From: an uncultured Bacilli bacterium | GTDB lineage: Bacteria > Bacillota_I > Bacilli_A > RF39 > UBA660 | Assembly (NCBI GenBank): GCA_947629655.1 | Contig: CANREL010000002.1 | Location: 157,340-221,339 of the forward strand | Length of the DNA stretch: 64,000 nt | Reading direction: 5' to 3' | Shown: positions 47,552-56,939 of the stretch, piece by piece | How the letters are laid out: each line of letters begins with the position of its first letter | Position numbering within the stretch: the stretch's first letter is position 1 | Translations under genes and position numbers: made by a program | Notes under the pieces: model-generated | What the model was told of the DNA's origin: nothing | What the model saw: only the letters and a program-made list of their open reading frames with translations | Database searches by the model: none

Positions 47552-50495
47552 AATTTATCTTATCCAATTTGACGCTAACTAATTTTGATACACCAGACTC
47601 TTGCATCGTTATACCATATAGTGTATCAGCGTATTCCATCGTTTTCTTTTTATGCGTTATTATTAAGAATTGTGTCTTATCTTTATAATGATCTAAATAA
47701 TTACCAAAATTGTCGACATTAGCTTCATCTAATGCTGCTTCAACTTCATCAAATAGACAGAATGGCACAACTCTGACATTTAGTATCGCAAAAATCAAGC
47801 TGATTGCTGTCAAAGTTTTTTCACCACCAGATAATAAAGAAATTGATTTCAATTTTTTTCCTGGCGGACAAGCTGTTATTTCGATATCTGTTTCTAAAAC
47901 ATTATTTGGATCTGTCAATTTCAACTCAGCTCTACCACCTTTAAATAGTTCCTTAAACACTTTTTTAAACTCTTCATCAATCTGTTTAAAAGTTTTCGTG
48001 AATTCCTCTTTCATGACTTCATCCATTTCCGCAATTATTTCAAGAAGTGTTTCTTTAGCGTTAACTAAATCATTTCTTTGATTATTTAAAAATTCATATC
48101 TTTCACTAACTCTTTTATATTCCTCAATTGCCGCAAGATTTACCATTCCTAATCTCTTGATGTTATTCTTATAAGTCGATACTAAACTTCGGGCTTCATC
48201 AACACTAACTTCTAAAGAATAATTATCACGAGCTTTTTCAAAAGTTAATTCATATTCTTCATTTAAAATATTTAAATAATTATCTAGTTTAACATCCATT
48301 TTAGATAGGGATATCTCTAATTCTTTTAATTCTTTTTCACACTTGTAAAGTTCTGAATTGTTAACCTTATTAACAGCTTCAACTTCTTCAATGACACTTG
48401 CTAATTTATCTTTAGCCTTAGTCTTAACAGCAATATTTTTTTGTAATTCTTCTTTGTCACGACTAACTTCATAGAACAATTTCATGACGCGTTCTTCTTC
48501 TTTTGATAAAGAATCATCAACGACATGACCAAGACTGTTCAATTCATTCTTAACACTTGTCAATTCACCACTTAAAAGAGTAATTTCATTCTTACTATTG
48601 CGAATTTTTTCTTCAACTTGAATAAGTTTAGCTTTTTCTTTATATATCTCTTCTTCTTTTAAATGAATCTGCTCATTATATTCTTCAATTTGATCATCCA
48701 ATTCTTTGATCAAATCATTTATTTCATTTTTTTTGATAGAACATAATTCTAATTCTCTCTTGTCACTGATGATACTCTTCGCAATTTTTAAACTACCACC
48801 AGTGATACTACCACCGACATTGATTATTTCACCATCCAACGTAACTACCTTGTAGCGATTATTTATCTTGCGACTTATTCTATTAGCGCTATCAATGTCT
48901 CTTACGACAATCACATTTCCCAACTGATTAGAGACAACGTTGTAGTAAATATTATCATATTTAACCAAATTTATAAAAATATCAATATAGCCATCTTCAT
49001 CCATTATTGAACTTACTATATCAGGATCAATTCCTCGTGGTTTAACTACATTTAAAGGAAAAAAAGTTGCACGTCCTAAACCGTTTTCTTTTAAATAATT
49101 TATCGCATGTTTAGCACTGTTTTCATTATCGACAACGATATACTGCTTACTAGCTAAAAGAGCTACCTCTAAAGCAATTGTGTACTTACCATCACATTCG
49201 ACAATATTTCCAAGTACTTGATGAATCCCATTCAATCGGGGATTGTTTAAAACCGCTCTAACACTACTATTTAAATTATCTCCATTTTCAATATTATTAG
49301 TCAAAACTTCAATTTTATGATTGATATCGACTAAATCACGTCTCTTATAACCACTCTCATTCAAAACATTAGAATATTTTTGTTTAATATTAGATAACTC
49401 CATATCCAATTTATCAATATTAGCAGTTTGTTCATTATATTCATTTTTTAAAATGTCATAATCTTTTTCTCGCAAATATATATCATTGGTAATACGCATT
49501 GAATTTTCTTTTAAAATTGCAATATTTTCATATATTTTTTGATCATTAGCTTGATATTTACTTCTCTCTTTTAATAAGTTCTTTTCCCCATTTAATTGTT
49601 CCTCTTTACGAATTAGACCTAATAAATTATTATTTAATTCATTTATTTCTAAAGATAACTTAGACAATTCATTCTTCTTATCAATTAAATCGGAATCACT
49701 GCTATTACTCTTGACGTTCAAATTTAAGATTTGACTATTTAACTCTTCAATTCTTTTATTACTCTGTTCACGACTATAATTAATCTTTTCAATATCATTA
49801 GCGATTAGAGCGACTTCGATATCTTCCAATTTTTCTTTATTTTCTAAGTATTCTAAAGCTTGAGCACTCTGTTCTTTCAAAGGTTCAACTTGCACTTCTA
49901 ATTCCGAAATTATGTCATCGACCCTATTCATATTATCACGGGTACGATCAAGTTTACGAATTGCTTCTTCTTTTCTTTTTTTATACTTTAAAACACCAGC
50001 GGCTTCTTCAAAAATCATTCTTCTATCAGTTACTGAATTAGAAAGAATTTTATCTATTTCTCCTTGTGAAATAATATTAAAAGAATCTCTTCCAATACCA
50101 CTATCGATGAATAGATCTGTGATATCTTTTAAACGACATTTTTCGCCATTTAAAAAGTATTCATTCTCGCCACTGCGATAAACTCTTCTCTTTACGACTA
50201 CTTCATTATAAGGAATGTTCAAATAATTATCACTATTATCAAATACTAAAGAAACAGATGCTACATTTAAAGGATTTCTAGAATTACTTCCTGAAAATAT
50301 GACATCAGTCATACCATTATCACCACGAAGAGATTTAACTGATTGTTCTCCTAATACCCAACGAACAGCATCAACAATATTACTTTTACCACTACCATTA
50401 GGACCAACAATACAAGTTGTCTTATTGTCTAGACTTATTGTCAGTTTATCAGCAAAAGACTTGAAACCCGTCGCTTGAATCTCCTTTAAATACAT
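47550..50495 (-). CDS. smc: Chromosome condensation/segregation ATPase SMC (short-armed)
   Basis: 981 aa. Has FKSFADK, Walker A GPNGSGKSNI, a hinge (GIHQVLGNIV...GRATFFPLN), the signature LSGGEKTL, Walker B FCLFDEVEAALD, and long heptad regions. Typical SMC is about 1180 aa. Confidence 0.95.
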   Translation of the reverse strand: MYLKEIQATGFKSFADKLTISLDNKTTCIVGPNGSGKSNIVDAVRWVLGEQSVKSLRGDNGMTDVIFSGSNSRNPLNVASVSLVFDNSDNYLNIPYNEVVVKRRVYRSGENEYFLNGEKCRLKDITDLFIDSGIGRDSFNIISQGEIDKILSNSVTDRRMIFEEAAGVLKYKKRKEEAIRKLDRTRDNMNRVDDIISELEVQVEPLKEQSAQALEYLENKEKLEDIEVALIANDIEKINYSREQSNKRIEELNSQILNLNVKSNSSDSDLIDKKNELSKLSLEINELNNNLLGLIRKEEQLNGEKNLLKERSKYQANDQKIYENIAILKENSMRITNDIYLREKDYDILKNEYNEQTANIDKLDMELSNIKQKYSNVLNESGYKRRDLVDINHKIEVLTNNIENGDNLNSSVRAVLNNPRLNGIHQVLGNIVECDGKYTIALEVALLASKQYIVVDNENSAKHAINYLKENGLGRATFFPLNVVKPRGIDPDIVSSIMDEDGYIDIFINLVKYDNIYYNVVSNQLGNVIVVRDIDSANRISRKINNRYKVVTLDGEIINVGGSITGGSLKIAKSIISDKRELELCSIKKNEINDLIKELDDQIEEYNEQIHLKEEEIYKEKAKLIQVEEKIRNSKNEITLLSGELTSVKNELNSLGHVVDDSLSKEEERVMKLFYEVSRDKEELQKNIAVKTKAKDKLASVIEEVEAVNKVNNSELYKCEKELKELEISLSKMDVKLDNYLNILNEEYELTFEKARDNYSLEVSVDEARSLVSTYKNNIKRLGMVNLAAIEEYKRVSERYEFLNNQRNDLVNAKETLLEIIAEMDEVMKEEFTKTFKQIDEEFKKVFKELFKGGRAELKLTDPNNVLETDIEITACPPGKKLKSISLLSGGEKTLTAISLIFAILNVRVVPFCLFDEVEAALDEANVDNFGNYLDHYKDKTQFLIITHKKKTMEYADTLYGITMQESGVSKLVSVKLDKIN

Positions 50496-50574
50496 ATCAT
50501 CACCTTATTTCACTATACAAAATTATACAATACATTAAATAAAAAAGTAAATCAAAAGAAAAATAACATCACTG

Positions 50575-50868
50575 TTATTTAACTTTTAAAAAAGCAACAA
50601 CTATAATTATAACAATTATTATTATGGAAACTATATATCCAATTATTATCCTCTGTCTATTATTAGAAGGTTCCTCTTCATCTTCATAATTTGATTCATA
50701 ATCATTTTCATCATATTCTACACTGTTGACGTTGGAAAGAGGTCGATAATTTTCATACATGTCCTCTTCTGTATATGAAGTGTTACTAGCTTCATAATTT
50801 CTATCATCACTAAAATAAATAGTTGTATCGTCATTAAAATTATTATTATCACCATTCTCATTATTCAT
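50575..50868 (-). CDS. Tail-anchored acidic low-complexity protein
   Basis: 97 aa. An Asn/Asp/Glu/Tyr-rich N-terminus is followed by a single C-terminal TM segment (IIIGYIVSIIIIVIIIVVAF). Confidence 0.4.
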   Translation of the reverse strand: MNNENGDNNNFNDDTTIYFSDDRNYEASNTSYTEEDMYENYRPLSNVNSVEYDENDYESNYEDEEEPSNNRQRIIIGYIVSIIIIVIIIVVAFLKVK

Positions 50869-50911
50869 AACATCACCATCTATAATAAGATTATATCAAA
50901 AATAATGACAA

Positions 50912-50944
50912 ATTAAAAGAAAAAGTAAGGTTTAAACCTTACTT
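50912..50944 (-). terminator. Intrinsic terminator after rseP
   Basis: Palindrome AAGTAAGGTTTAAACCTTACTT followed by TTTCTTTT on the minus strand. Confidence 0.65.
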
Positions 50945-52018
50945 AAATATCAAATTGAAGACATCATGTCCCGTTACATATATAGCTAAAAGCATTATTA
51001 ATAAGAATCCAACAGTATTAATCATATTCTCTGTCTCGGACTTTAATGGTTTTCCACGCAACTTCTCAATGAATAGAAGTAAAATTCTTCCTCCATCAAA
51101 AGCAGGGAATGGTATCAAGTTCAAGAATCCAACGTTGATACTAAGTAGTGCTGTCAATTGTAACAAAGAAACAAATCCATAAGTTTTAGCTTCACCAACT
51201 ACTGAATATATACCAACTGGACCACTCAAATTATTAACGCTCAACTTACCCGTAATGAGATTGCCTAAAACGACCCACATCTGTCTAAAAATAGCTCCTG
51301 CTTTGACAAAACTATATTTGATAGATTCTATGAATCCATGTTCATAAGTTGTGTTAAACTCAACACCATAATAATAGTTTTCAACATCTTTACCATCGAC
51401 TGTCTCTTTGACCTTTATAGGTTTAATGTTGTAATCTTTTATCTTACCTTCACTATTTTCTATTTTTAATTTCAAATTACTTCCCGTTTTATTTAGCGTT
51501 ATATATAATTGAACATCGTCAATCGTCTTAGTCGCATGACCATTGACTTCTAATATTTTATCGCCAGCTTCAATACCTGCTTCATCCATTGGATATCCTT
51601 CAGTTATTCCACTGATAGTAGGTTCCATTACAGGTGCTCCCCCTATTATGGCAACCAAGAATAGTAATAGATAAGCTAAGATGAAGTTATTACCAGCTCC
51701 AAAGAATAAAATCAAAAATCTCTGCCATACTGGTTTAGCGAATAGTTTTCTCTTTTTTGGTACCTTTTTTCCTTCTTCAGTGACTTCTTCTCCGTCTTCA
51801 CCAGCCAAAGAACAAAAACCACCAATGGGAACAGCGCGAAGTGAATACTCCGTCTCACCCTTCTTACGACTGAACAACTTAGGTCCCATTCCAATCGCAA
51901 ATTCATAGACATAAACTCCAAATTTCTTAGAAAAGATGAAGTGTCCAAATTCATGTACTAATATAATAATTCCTAGAATGATAATAAATAATATTAATGT
52001 AACAATTCCATTTATCAT
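50939..52018 (-). CDS. rseP: Site-2 intramembrane zinc metalloprotease RseP/RasP
   Basis: 359 aa. HEFGHF in TM1, a central PDZ domain, and NLIPFPAFDGG (the LDG motif) in the C-terminal TM region. Confidence 0.9.
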   Translation of the reverse strand: MINGIVTLILFIIILGIIILVHEFGHFIFSKKFGVYVYEFAIGMGPKLFSRKKGETEYSLRAVPIGGFCSLAGEDGEEVTEEGKKVPKKRKLFAKPVWQRFLILFFGAGNNFILAYLLLFLVAIIGGAPVMEPTISGITEGYPMDEAGIEAGDKILEVNGHATKTIDDVQLYITLNKTGSNLKLKIENSEGKIKDYNIKPIKVKETVDGKDVENYYYGVEFNTTYEHGFIESIKYSFVKAGAIFRQMWVVLGNLITGKLSVNNLSGPVGIYSVVGEAKTYGFVSLLQLTALLSINVGFLNLIPFPAFDGGRILLLFIEKLRGKPLKSETENMINTVGFLLIMLLAIYVTGHDVFNLIFK

Positions 52019-52815
52019 AAGATCACCAAAAACAACAAGAATCCTAATACTACGAATACGACACTATCTAATCTGTCTAAGATACCACCATGTCCAGGAA
52101 TTAAATTTGAAAAGTCTTTCGCACCATAATGTCTTTTAATTGCTGAGAAAACTAAATCTCCCAATTGCCCAATTACTGATAGACATAGAGTTATAAAAGC
52201 GATTAAAGGTATACTTAAACCTGAAGATATGACGGTTGAAAAGAAAACCGTTCCACAAATAGTTCCCCATAGTGCTCCACCAAAAAATCCTTCCCATGTC
52301 TTCTTTGGTGATATCTTTGGTGCAAATTTATGACGACCAATAAATTTGCCCGTAATCAAAGCAAAAGTATCAGTGATACAAGAAACTATAAATATGTATA
52401 TTATGTATAAAAGACTAAAGTTTCTTATTAATATGAACAAATTCATACTAATACCAATAAATAGTGTTGCTCCCACTAAGAATAAAGCATCATCAATACT
52501 GTATTGTTTATCATCATTGATAAATATGATTGGTAGTAAAAAAGCAAATATCATAAAGGCTACCAAACGATAATCAATTTCAAATACTAAATTTGATGAA
52601 CTGTAATTGTTAAGAGTTAAAAATCCTACTAATAGATATGCAAATAACTCCATGATGAATGGTATTTCACCATTTTTTCTTCTAACTTTAAAAATTTCAT
52701 GTAATCCGACCAAAGATATCAATAACATCAATAGAGCAAAAGGAACTCCACCAATGACTAATAAAGGTACGAAAACGAGCAACAATATAATTGCACTAAT
52801 TATTCTAACTTTCAT
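52015..52815 (-). CDS. cdsA: Phosphatidate cytidylyltransferase
   Basis: 266 aa, polytopic. C-terminal signature SAIKRHYGAKDFSNLIPGHGGILDRLDS. 4-nt overlap with rseP. Confidence 0.9.
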   Translation of the reverse strand: MKVRIISAIILLLVFVPLLVIGGVPFALLMLLISLVGLHEIFKVRRKNGEIPFIMELFAYLLVGFLTLNNYSSSNLVFEIDYRLVAFMIFAFLLPIIFINDDKQYSIDDALFLVGATLFIGISMNLFILIRNFSLLYIIYIFIVSCITDTFALITGKFIGRHKFAPKISPKKTWEGFFGGALWGTICGTVFFSTVISSGLSIPLIAFITLCLSVIGQLGDLVFSAIKRHYGAKDFSNLIPGHGGILDRLDSVVFVVLGFLLFLVIL

Positions 52816-52817
52816 AA

Positions 52818-53519
52818 TTAACCTCCAAATCTTCTCTTTCTTTTATTATATTCTAAAACAGCTAAATCATATTCTTTTTCTGTGAAATCAGGAAAGTATA
52901 CATCAGTGAAATACAATTCACTATATGCCAATTGATAAAGCATGAAATTACTTATGCGCTCTTCACCACTAGTTCTAATCATCAAATCAATTGGTGGTAA
53001 ATCATTATATAAGTAACTATTAATATTAATATTCTCTAAATCTATTTTTCCTTCTTTATAATCTAGAGCAATCTTACGACATGCATCTTCTATCTCAGCT
53101 TGACCACCATAATTTAAGCATATGTTTAAAATGCCATTTTTTCCCTCTTTCGTTCGATCTTCTATCTCCTGAATGGTCTTAACAACATCTTCGCGCAAAT
53201 TTTCACGACGTCCTGATACGACGACTTTTATCCCATTTTTCACAAATTTTTCATAAGTATTCTTAAATCCTTTAACTAATAAATCCATGAGATAAGTAAC
53301 TTCTTCTTCACTTCTTTTAAAATTTTCCGTTGAAAAAGCAAAAACACTCAAAACTTTGACACCTGTTGAAAAGATATACATTCCTGTCTGTTCTAAAGTT
53401 TTACTTCCCTGCAGGTGTCCCATACTTGGACTTTTTCCTCTTTCCCTAGCCCACCTTCGATTACCATCCATAATAATAGCGACATGGTTAGGAATTTTTA
53501 CTTCATTCATCATCATCAC
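52818..53519 (-). CDS. uppS: Isoprenyl transferase (undecaprenyl-diphosphate synthase)
   Basis: 233 aa. Shows HVAIIMDGNRRWA, FAFSTENFKRS and IRTSGEERISNFMLYQLAYSELYF. Confidence 0.95.
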   Translation of the reverse strand: MMMMNEVKIPNHVAIIMDGNRRWARERGKSPSMGHLQGSKTLEQTGMYIFSTGVKVLSVFAFSTENFKRSEEEVTYLMDLLVKGFKNTYEKFVKNGIKVVVSGRRENLREDVVKTIQEIEDRTKEGKNGILNICLNYGGQAEIEDACRKIALDYKEGKIDLENININSYLYNDLPPIDLMIRTSGEERISNFMLYQLAYSELYFTDVYFPDFTEKEYDLAVLEYNKRKRRFGG

Positions 53520-53567
53520 CTATAATAAAAATTATAACACACTTTCTTTTAATGGAGAATAATATAT

Positions 53568-54494
53568 TTAAAAACTTCCAGAGGCACCTCCACCTCCACT
53601 TGATCCGCCACCACCACTTGTTCCGCCAGAAGAACCTCCGCCAAAACTGATAGAGAATCCACTAGAACTAGAATTTCCACCTTCATCATCATAAAAATAA
53701 ACAATGATAAAAAAAATTATTTCCAACGGAATGAGAATAATAGCTGTTTCTCTTGCCATCACAGCTAAAATTATATTTATAATTATTAAAACAATAAATA
53801 TTATTCCTTCAATAATTTTAAAAATATCCATTTTCTTCTTTCTTTTTCTTTTCTTTTTCTTTTCTTTCTTCTTCATTTCAACATAATTGCGAAAATAGAT
53901 AGAAAATAGACCACCTAGAATCGGAAAGATCATTAAGTTATAGTTACTAAGCATTTGGAAAAAAGTTTTAATTTTGACTTCTGGCATAGAAAAATGTCCC
54001 TCATCAATTCCATAATAATCAGATATCTCATTATAAAAAGCTTTATAAATATTGACAACTGCATTATCAAAATCATCATTTAACAAATACGGTTTCATGT
54101 ACTCATCTCTATAACGACCTACTTTACCATCTGGTAAAATACCTTCTAATCCATATCCGACCTCAATTCGAAATTTTCTTTCTTCCTTTGCTATCAAAAT
54201 CAATAGACCATTATCAATTTCTTCATCACCAATACCAAAACTTCTAAATAGTTCATTAGCATATTCTTCAACTGTTTTACCCTCTAAACTATTAATTGTT
54301 ACAACAACTATTTGAGACTTGGTCTTTTCTTCCAAAATTCGCGAATACTTAATTACAAATTCTTCAGTCTCAGGACTCAATATATTAGCATAATCATTGA
54401 CATAAAAATCACTAGTTGGTGATACTAATGCATCAACTTTACAAAAACTAAAAATTAATAATACCAATACAATATTTCTAATAATTTTGTTCAT
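53568..54494 (-). CDS. TPM-domain (YgcG-like) membrane protein with Gly/Ser-rich tail
   Basis: 308 aa. Signal/anchor, TPM domain (DFYVNDYANILSPETEE...IVVVTINSLEG...FRIEVGYGLEGILPD), TM segments, a K/R-rich stretch, and a C-terminal GGGSSGGTSGGGGSSGGGGASG. Confidence 0.85.
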   Translation of the reverse strand: MNKIIRNIVLVLLIFSFCKVDALVSPTSDFYVNDYANILSPETEEFVIKYSRILEEKTKSQIVVVTINSLEGKTVEEYANELFRSFGIGDEEIDNGLLILIAKEERKFRIEVGYGLEGILPDGKVGRYRDEYMKPYLLNDDFDNAVVNIYKAFYNEISDYYGIDEGHFSMPEVKIKTFFQMLSNYNLMIFPILGGLFSIYFRNYVEMKKKEKKKKRKRKKKMDIFKIIEGIIFIVLIIINIILAVMARETAIILIPLEIIFFIIVYFYDDEGGNSSSSGFSISFGGGSSGGTSGGGGSSGGGGASGSF

Positions 54495-54527
54495 TTAAAT
54501 ACCTCCAAGAAAAAGAAAGAAGTTTTC

Positions 54528-55091
54528 CTAGAAATCTACTTCAGGAACTTCTTTCTTACTTTCATCTACTTCAAAGTAATCTGCTTCTTTAAATCCCGCC
54601 ATATTAGCAATGATGTTAGTTGGAATTTTTTTAATCTTAGTATTATATTTCTTTACAGCATCGTTATAATCTCTTCTTGCTACAGCAATTCTATTTTCTG
54701 TTCCTGCAAGTTCATCTTGCAAATTGATAAAGTTTGTATTAGCTTTCAAATCAGGATAATTCTCGACGATGATCATAAGTGCATCAATAGCACTATCTAA
54801 CTCAGCATCAGCTTCAGCTAACTCTTTAGTATTAGATGCCTTCAATAGATTTTCACGGGCTGCAGTAATTCTTTCAATTGCGTTTTCTTCATGTTGAACG
54901 TATCCTTTGACAGTATTGACAAGATTAGGTATCAAATCAGCTCTTCTCTCCAACTGAACATCAATATTTGAATATTGCGTATCAACATCTTCTTTCAAAT
55001 TTATTAAACCATTATAACTTCCAACTACTCCTCCAACTACTAATAATAGTAGTGTAATAACTACGATAATAACTACATAACCTTTTTTCAT
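54528..55091 (-). CDS. lemA: LemA family protein
   Basis: 187 aa with an N-terminal TM segment. Shows SYNGLINLKEDVDTQYSNIDVQLERRADLIPNLVNTVKGYVQHE and AGTENRIAVARRDYN. Confidence 0.9.
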   Translation of the reverse strand: MKKGYVVIIVVITLLLLVVGGVVGSYNGLINLKEDVDTQYSNIDVQLERRADLIPNLVNTVKGYVQHEENAIERITAARENLLKASNTKELAEADAELDSAIDALMIIVENYPDLKANTNFINLQDELAGTENRIAVARRDYNDAVKKYNTKIKKIPTNIIANMAGFKEADYFEVDESKKEVPEVDF

Positions 55092-55152
55092 AAATCCTCC
55101 TAGTCTAATTATCTCATAAATTTAAAATATTACAACATTAAATATAATTATT

Positions 55153-56190
55153 TTAGAAATGACGTGAACTACCACCACCGCCAGATCTTCCACCACCACC
55201 ATGATGGCCACCACCGCCACGTGAATGATGTCCATGACTCGTATGCAAACCACCATGACCACCACCATGTGGTGCGATAAGAATTAATACTGCTACACAA
55301 AATCCTACTTGAACCATTTCTGCTTCTTTTTTTAGAAGAGACATCCTACCAGGAAAAGTGCTACTACTTTCTAAATACCACAAATTGCTATCAAATATTC
55401 GTGTTAAAAATAGTACTACAACATTCAACATTAAAATGACTACAATTGCTTTTATGACTTTATTATACTTTTTTAACAGTTCGCCATGGCGATGCCAATA
55501 CTTATTGATGAAAATAAATGGATAAAATATTAACAATGCTCCAAAAGAAAATCCTACTGAATAACAAAAGATAATGATGGTTTTCTGTAACACGTTAGCT
55601 TCATCAAAAAAAGTTGGCAATTCCTCTTCTTCTTCATCCAAAACACTGCTATTATGTGTACTTGAATAACCTCTATTTACTGTGACATCATTAGAAGAAA
55701 TGTGATAATATTCACATATTTTCTTATAGAAAGCTGAATATCCATTTACAATTCCTTCGTCATAACGATTATGCTTTAAAAAAGGAATGATATAAGTATC
55801 TTGATATCTTCCCGTTAAACCATCGGGTAATAACTCTTCAAAGCCATATCCGACTTCCACGCGAAACTCCCTTTCCTCATATGCTAATAAAAGTAACAAT
55901 CCATTATTTTCTTTTGCATCACCAATTCCAAAGCTATTAAAAACCTCATTAGCAAAACTTTCTATGTCTTGTCCTTCTAAAGATTTAACTGTTACGACAA
56001 CTATTTGCGCTTTCGTCGCATTAGCTAAGGAAACAGAATGATCTAAAATAAATTTTTCAGTCTCTTCACTCAAAATATTAGCATAGTCATTCACATAAAA
56101 ATCCTTAGTTGGTACAAGAGCATCAACTTTAAGGGAATAACTAAACATCATGAATAAAAAAAGAAAAGTTAAAAATAATACTCTTTTCAT
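55153..56190 (-). CDS. TPM-domain membrane protein paralog with His/Gly-rich tail
   Basis: Start moved to ATG 56190 (MKRVLFL). The TPM block DFYVNDYANILSEETEK...IVVVTVKSLEG...FRVEVGYGFEELLPD is clearly paralogous to 53568..54494. The C-terminus is HGGGHGGLHTSHGHHSRGGGGHHGGGGRSGGGGSSRHF. Confidence 0.85.
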   Translation of the reverse strand: MKRVLFLTFLFLFMMFSYSLKVDALVPTKDFYVNDYANILSEETEKFILDHSVSLANATKAQIVVVTVKSLEGQDIESFANEVFNSFGIGDAKENNGLLLLLAYEEREFRVEVGYGFEELLPDGLTGRYQDTYIIPFLKHNRYDEGIVNGYSAFYKKICEYYHISSNDVTVNRGYSSTHNSSVLDEEEEELPTFFDEANVLQKTIIIFCYSVGFSFGALLIFYPFIFINKYWHRHGELLKKYNKVIKAIVVILMLNVVVLFLTRIFDSNLWYLESSSTFPGRMSLLKKEAEMVQVGFCVAVLILIAPHGGGHGGLHTSHGHHSRGGGGHHGGGGRSGGGGSSRHF

Positions 56191-56265
56191 ATTCCCACCC
56201 ATTATATTATCTCATAAAAAGAATATTATAAAATGTTTTTTATTTTCTATTTACATCTTCCAATG

Positions 56266-56293
56266 TCAAAAAAAAGAAACCATCTGGTTTCTT
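56266..56293 (-). terminator. Intrinsic terminator after the rpsP-KH operon
   Basis: AAGAAACC agat GGTTTCTT followed by TTTTTTTG on the minus strand. Confidence 0.7.
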
Positions 56294-56540
56294 AAAAACT
56301 ATCAATATTAATTTTTACTCTCTTATTATCTCCTAGATAGCTACTAGCTTGAACAAGTGTCCTAATAGCATTAGCACATCTTCCACCTTTACCAATTACT
56401 CTACCCATATCTTCACCATCAATCATGACTTCAATAAGGATTTCATCTTCATTATCAGTTGGAAACTCTTTAACACTAACAGCATCTTTATTCAACGCAA
56501 GTGACTTAACTATCTCTTCAGTCAATTTTACCAAATCCAT
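56292..56540 (-). CDS. khpA: KH-domain RNA-binding protein (YlqC/KhpA)
   Basis: 82 aa. KH signature MGRVIGKGGRCANAIRTLV. The gene lies immediately downstream of rpsP. Confidence 0.9.
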   Translation of the reverse strand: MDLVKLTEEIVKSLALNKDAVSVKEFPTDNEDEILIEVMIDGEDMGRVIGKGGRCANAIRTLVQASSYLGDNKRVKINIDSF

Positions 56541-56542
56541 AA

Positions 56543-56824
56543 TTATTTATCTTCTTTCTTATTTTTAGATTCAGCAAATTTCTTCATGATTCCAGCTTGA
56601 CTCAATAAATTTCTAGCTGTATCAGTAGGCTCAGCACCATTCTTTAACCATTTCATAGCTACTTCTTCATTAATTTTTACAGAAGCAGGTGTAGTTAAAG
56701 GATTATAAGTACCAATTAATTCAATGTATTGTCCATCTCTAGGACGTCTAGAATCACTAGCAACGATTCTATATACAGGTTTCTTTTTAGCACCCATTCT
56801 TGTCAATCTAATTTTAACTGCCAT
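56543..56824 (-). CDS. rpsP: 30S ribosomal protein S16
   Basis: 93 aa. Shows [42 protein letters not shown]. Confidence 0.95.
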   Translation of the reverse strand: MAVKIRLTRMGAKKKPVYRIVASDSRRPRDGQYIELIGTYNPLTTPASVKINEEVAMKWLKNGAEPTDTARNLLSQAGIMKKFAESKNKKEDK

Positions 56825-56913
56825 GTTTATTCCTCCGTTTCTAAATTCAATTAAGATTATATAATATTCTTTTTAAACTGTCAACATTTTTTTGTTAACA
56901 GTAATACATAACT

Positions 56914-56939
56914 AAAATAAAAAAAGTCCTAAGACTTTT
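56914..56939 (-). terminator. Intrinsic terminator after cotE
   Basis: AAAGTC ttag GACTTT followed by TTTTTATTTT on the minus strand. Confidence 0.55.

Noticed and set aside
47395-47688. Plus-strand 97-aa ORF spanning the smc 3' end and the intergenic gap
   Set aside because: It overlaps the smc C-terminus and terminator, has no RBS, and translates to an F/L/I-rich low-complexity sequence. It is most likely an artefact. The region is treated instead as a leader for the LRR operon.
53830-53875. Long pyrimidine tract (ttcttctttctttttcttttcttttt...) that looks like a simple repeat
   Set aside because: It is in frame within the TPM gene and encodes the KKEKKKKRKRKKK juxtamembrane stretch. I read it as coding low complexity, not as a regulatory or mobile repeat.
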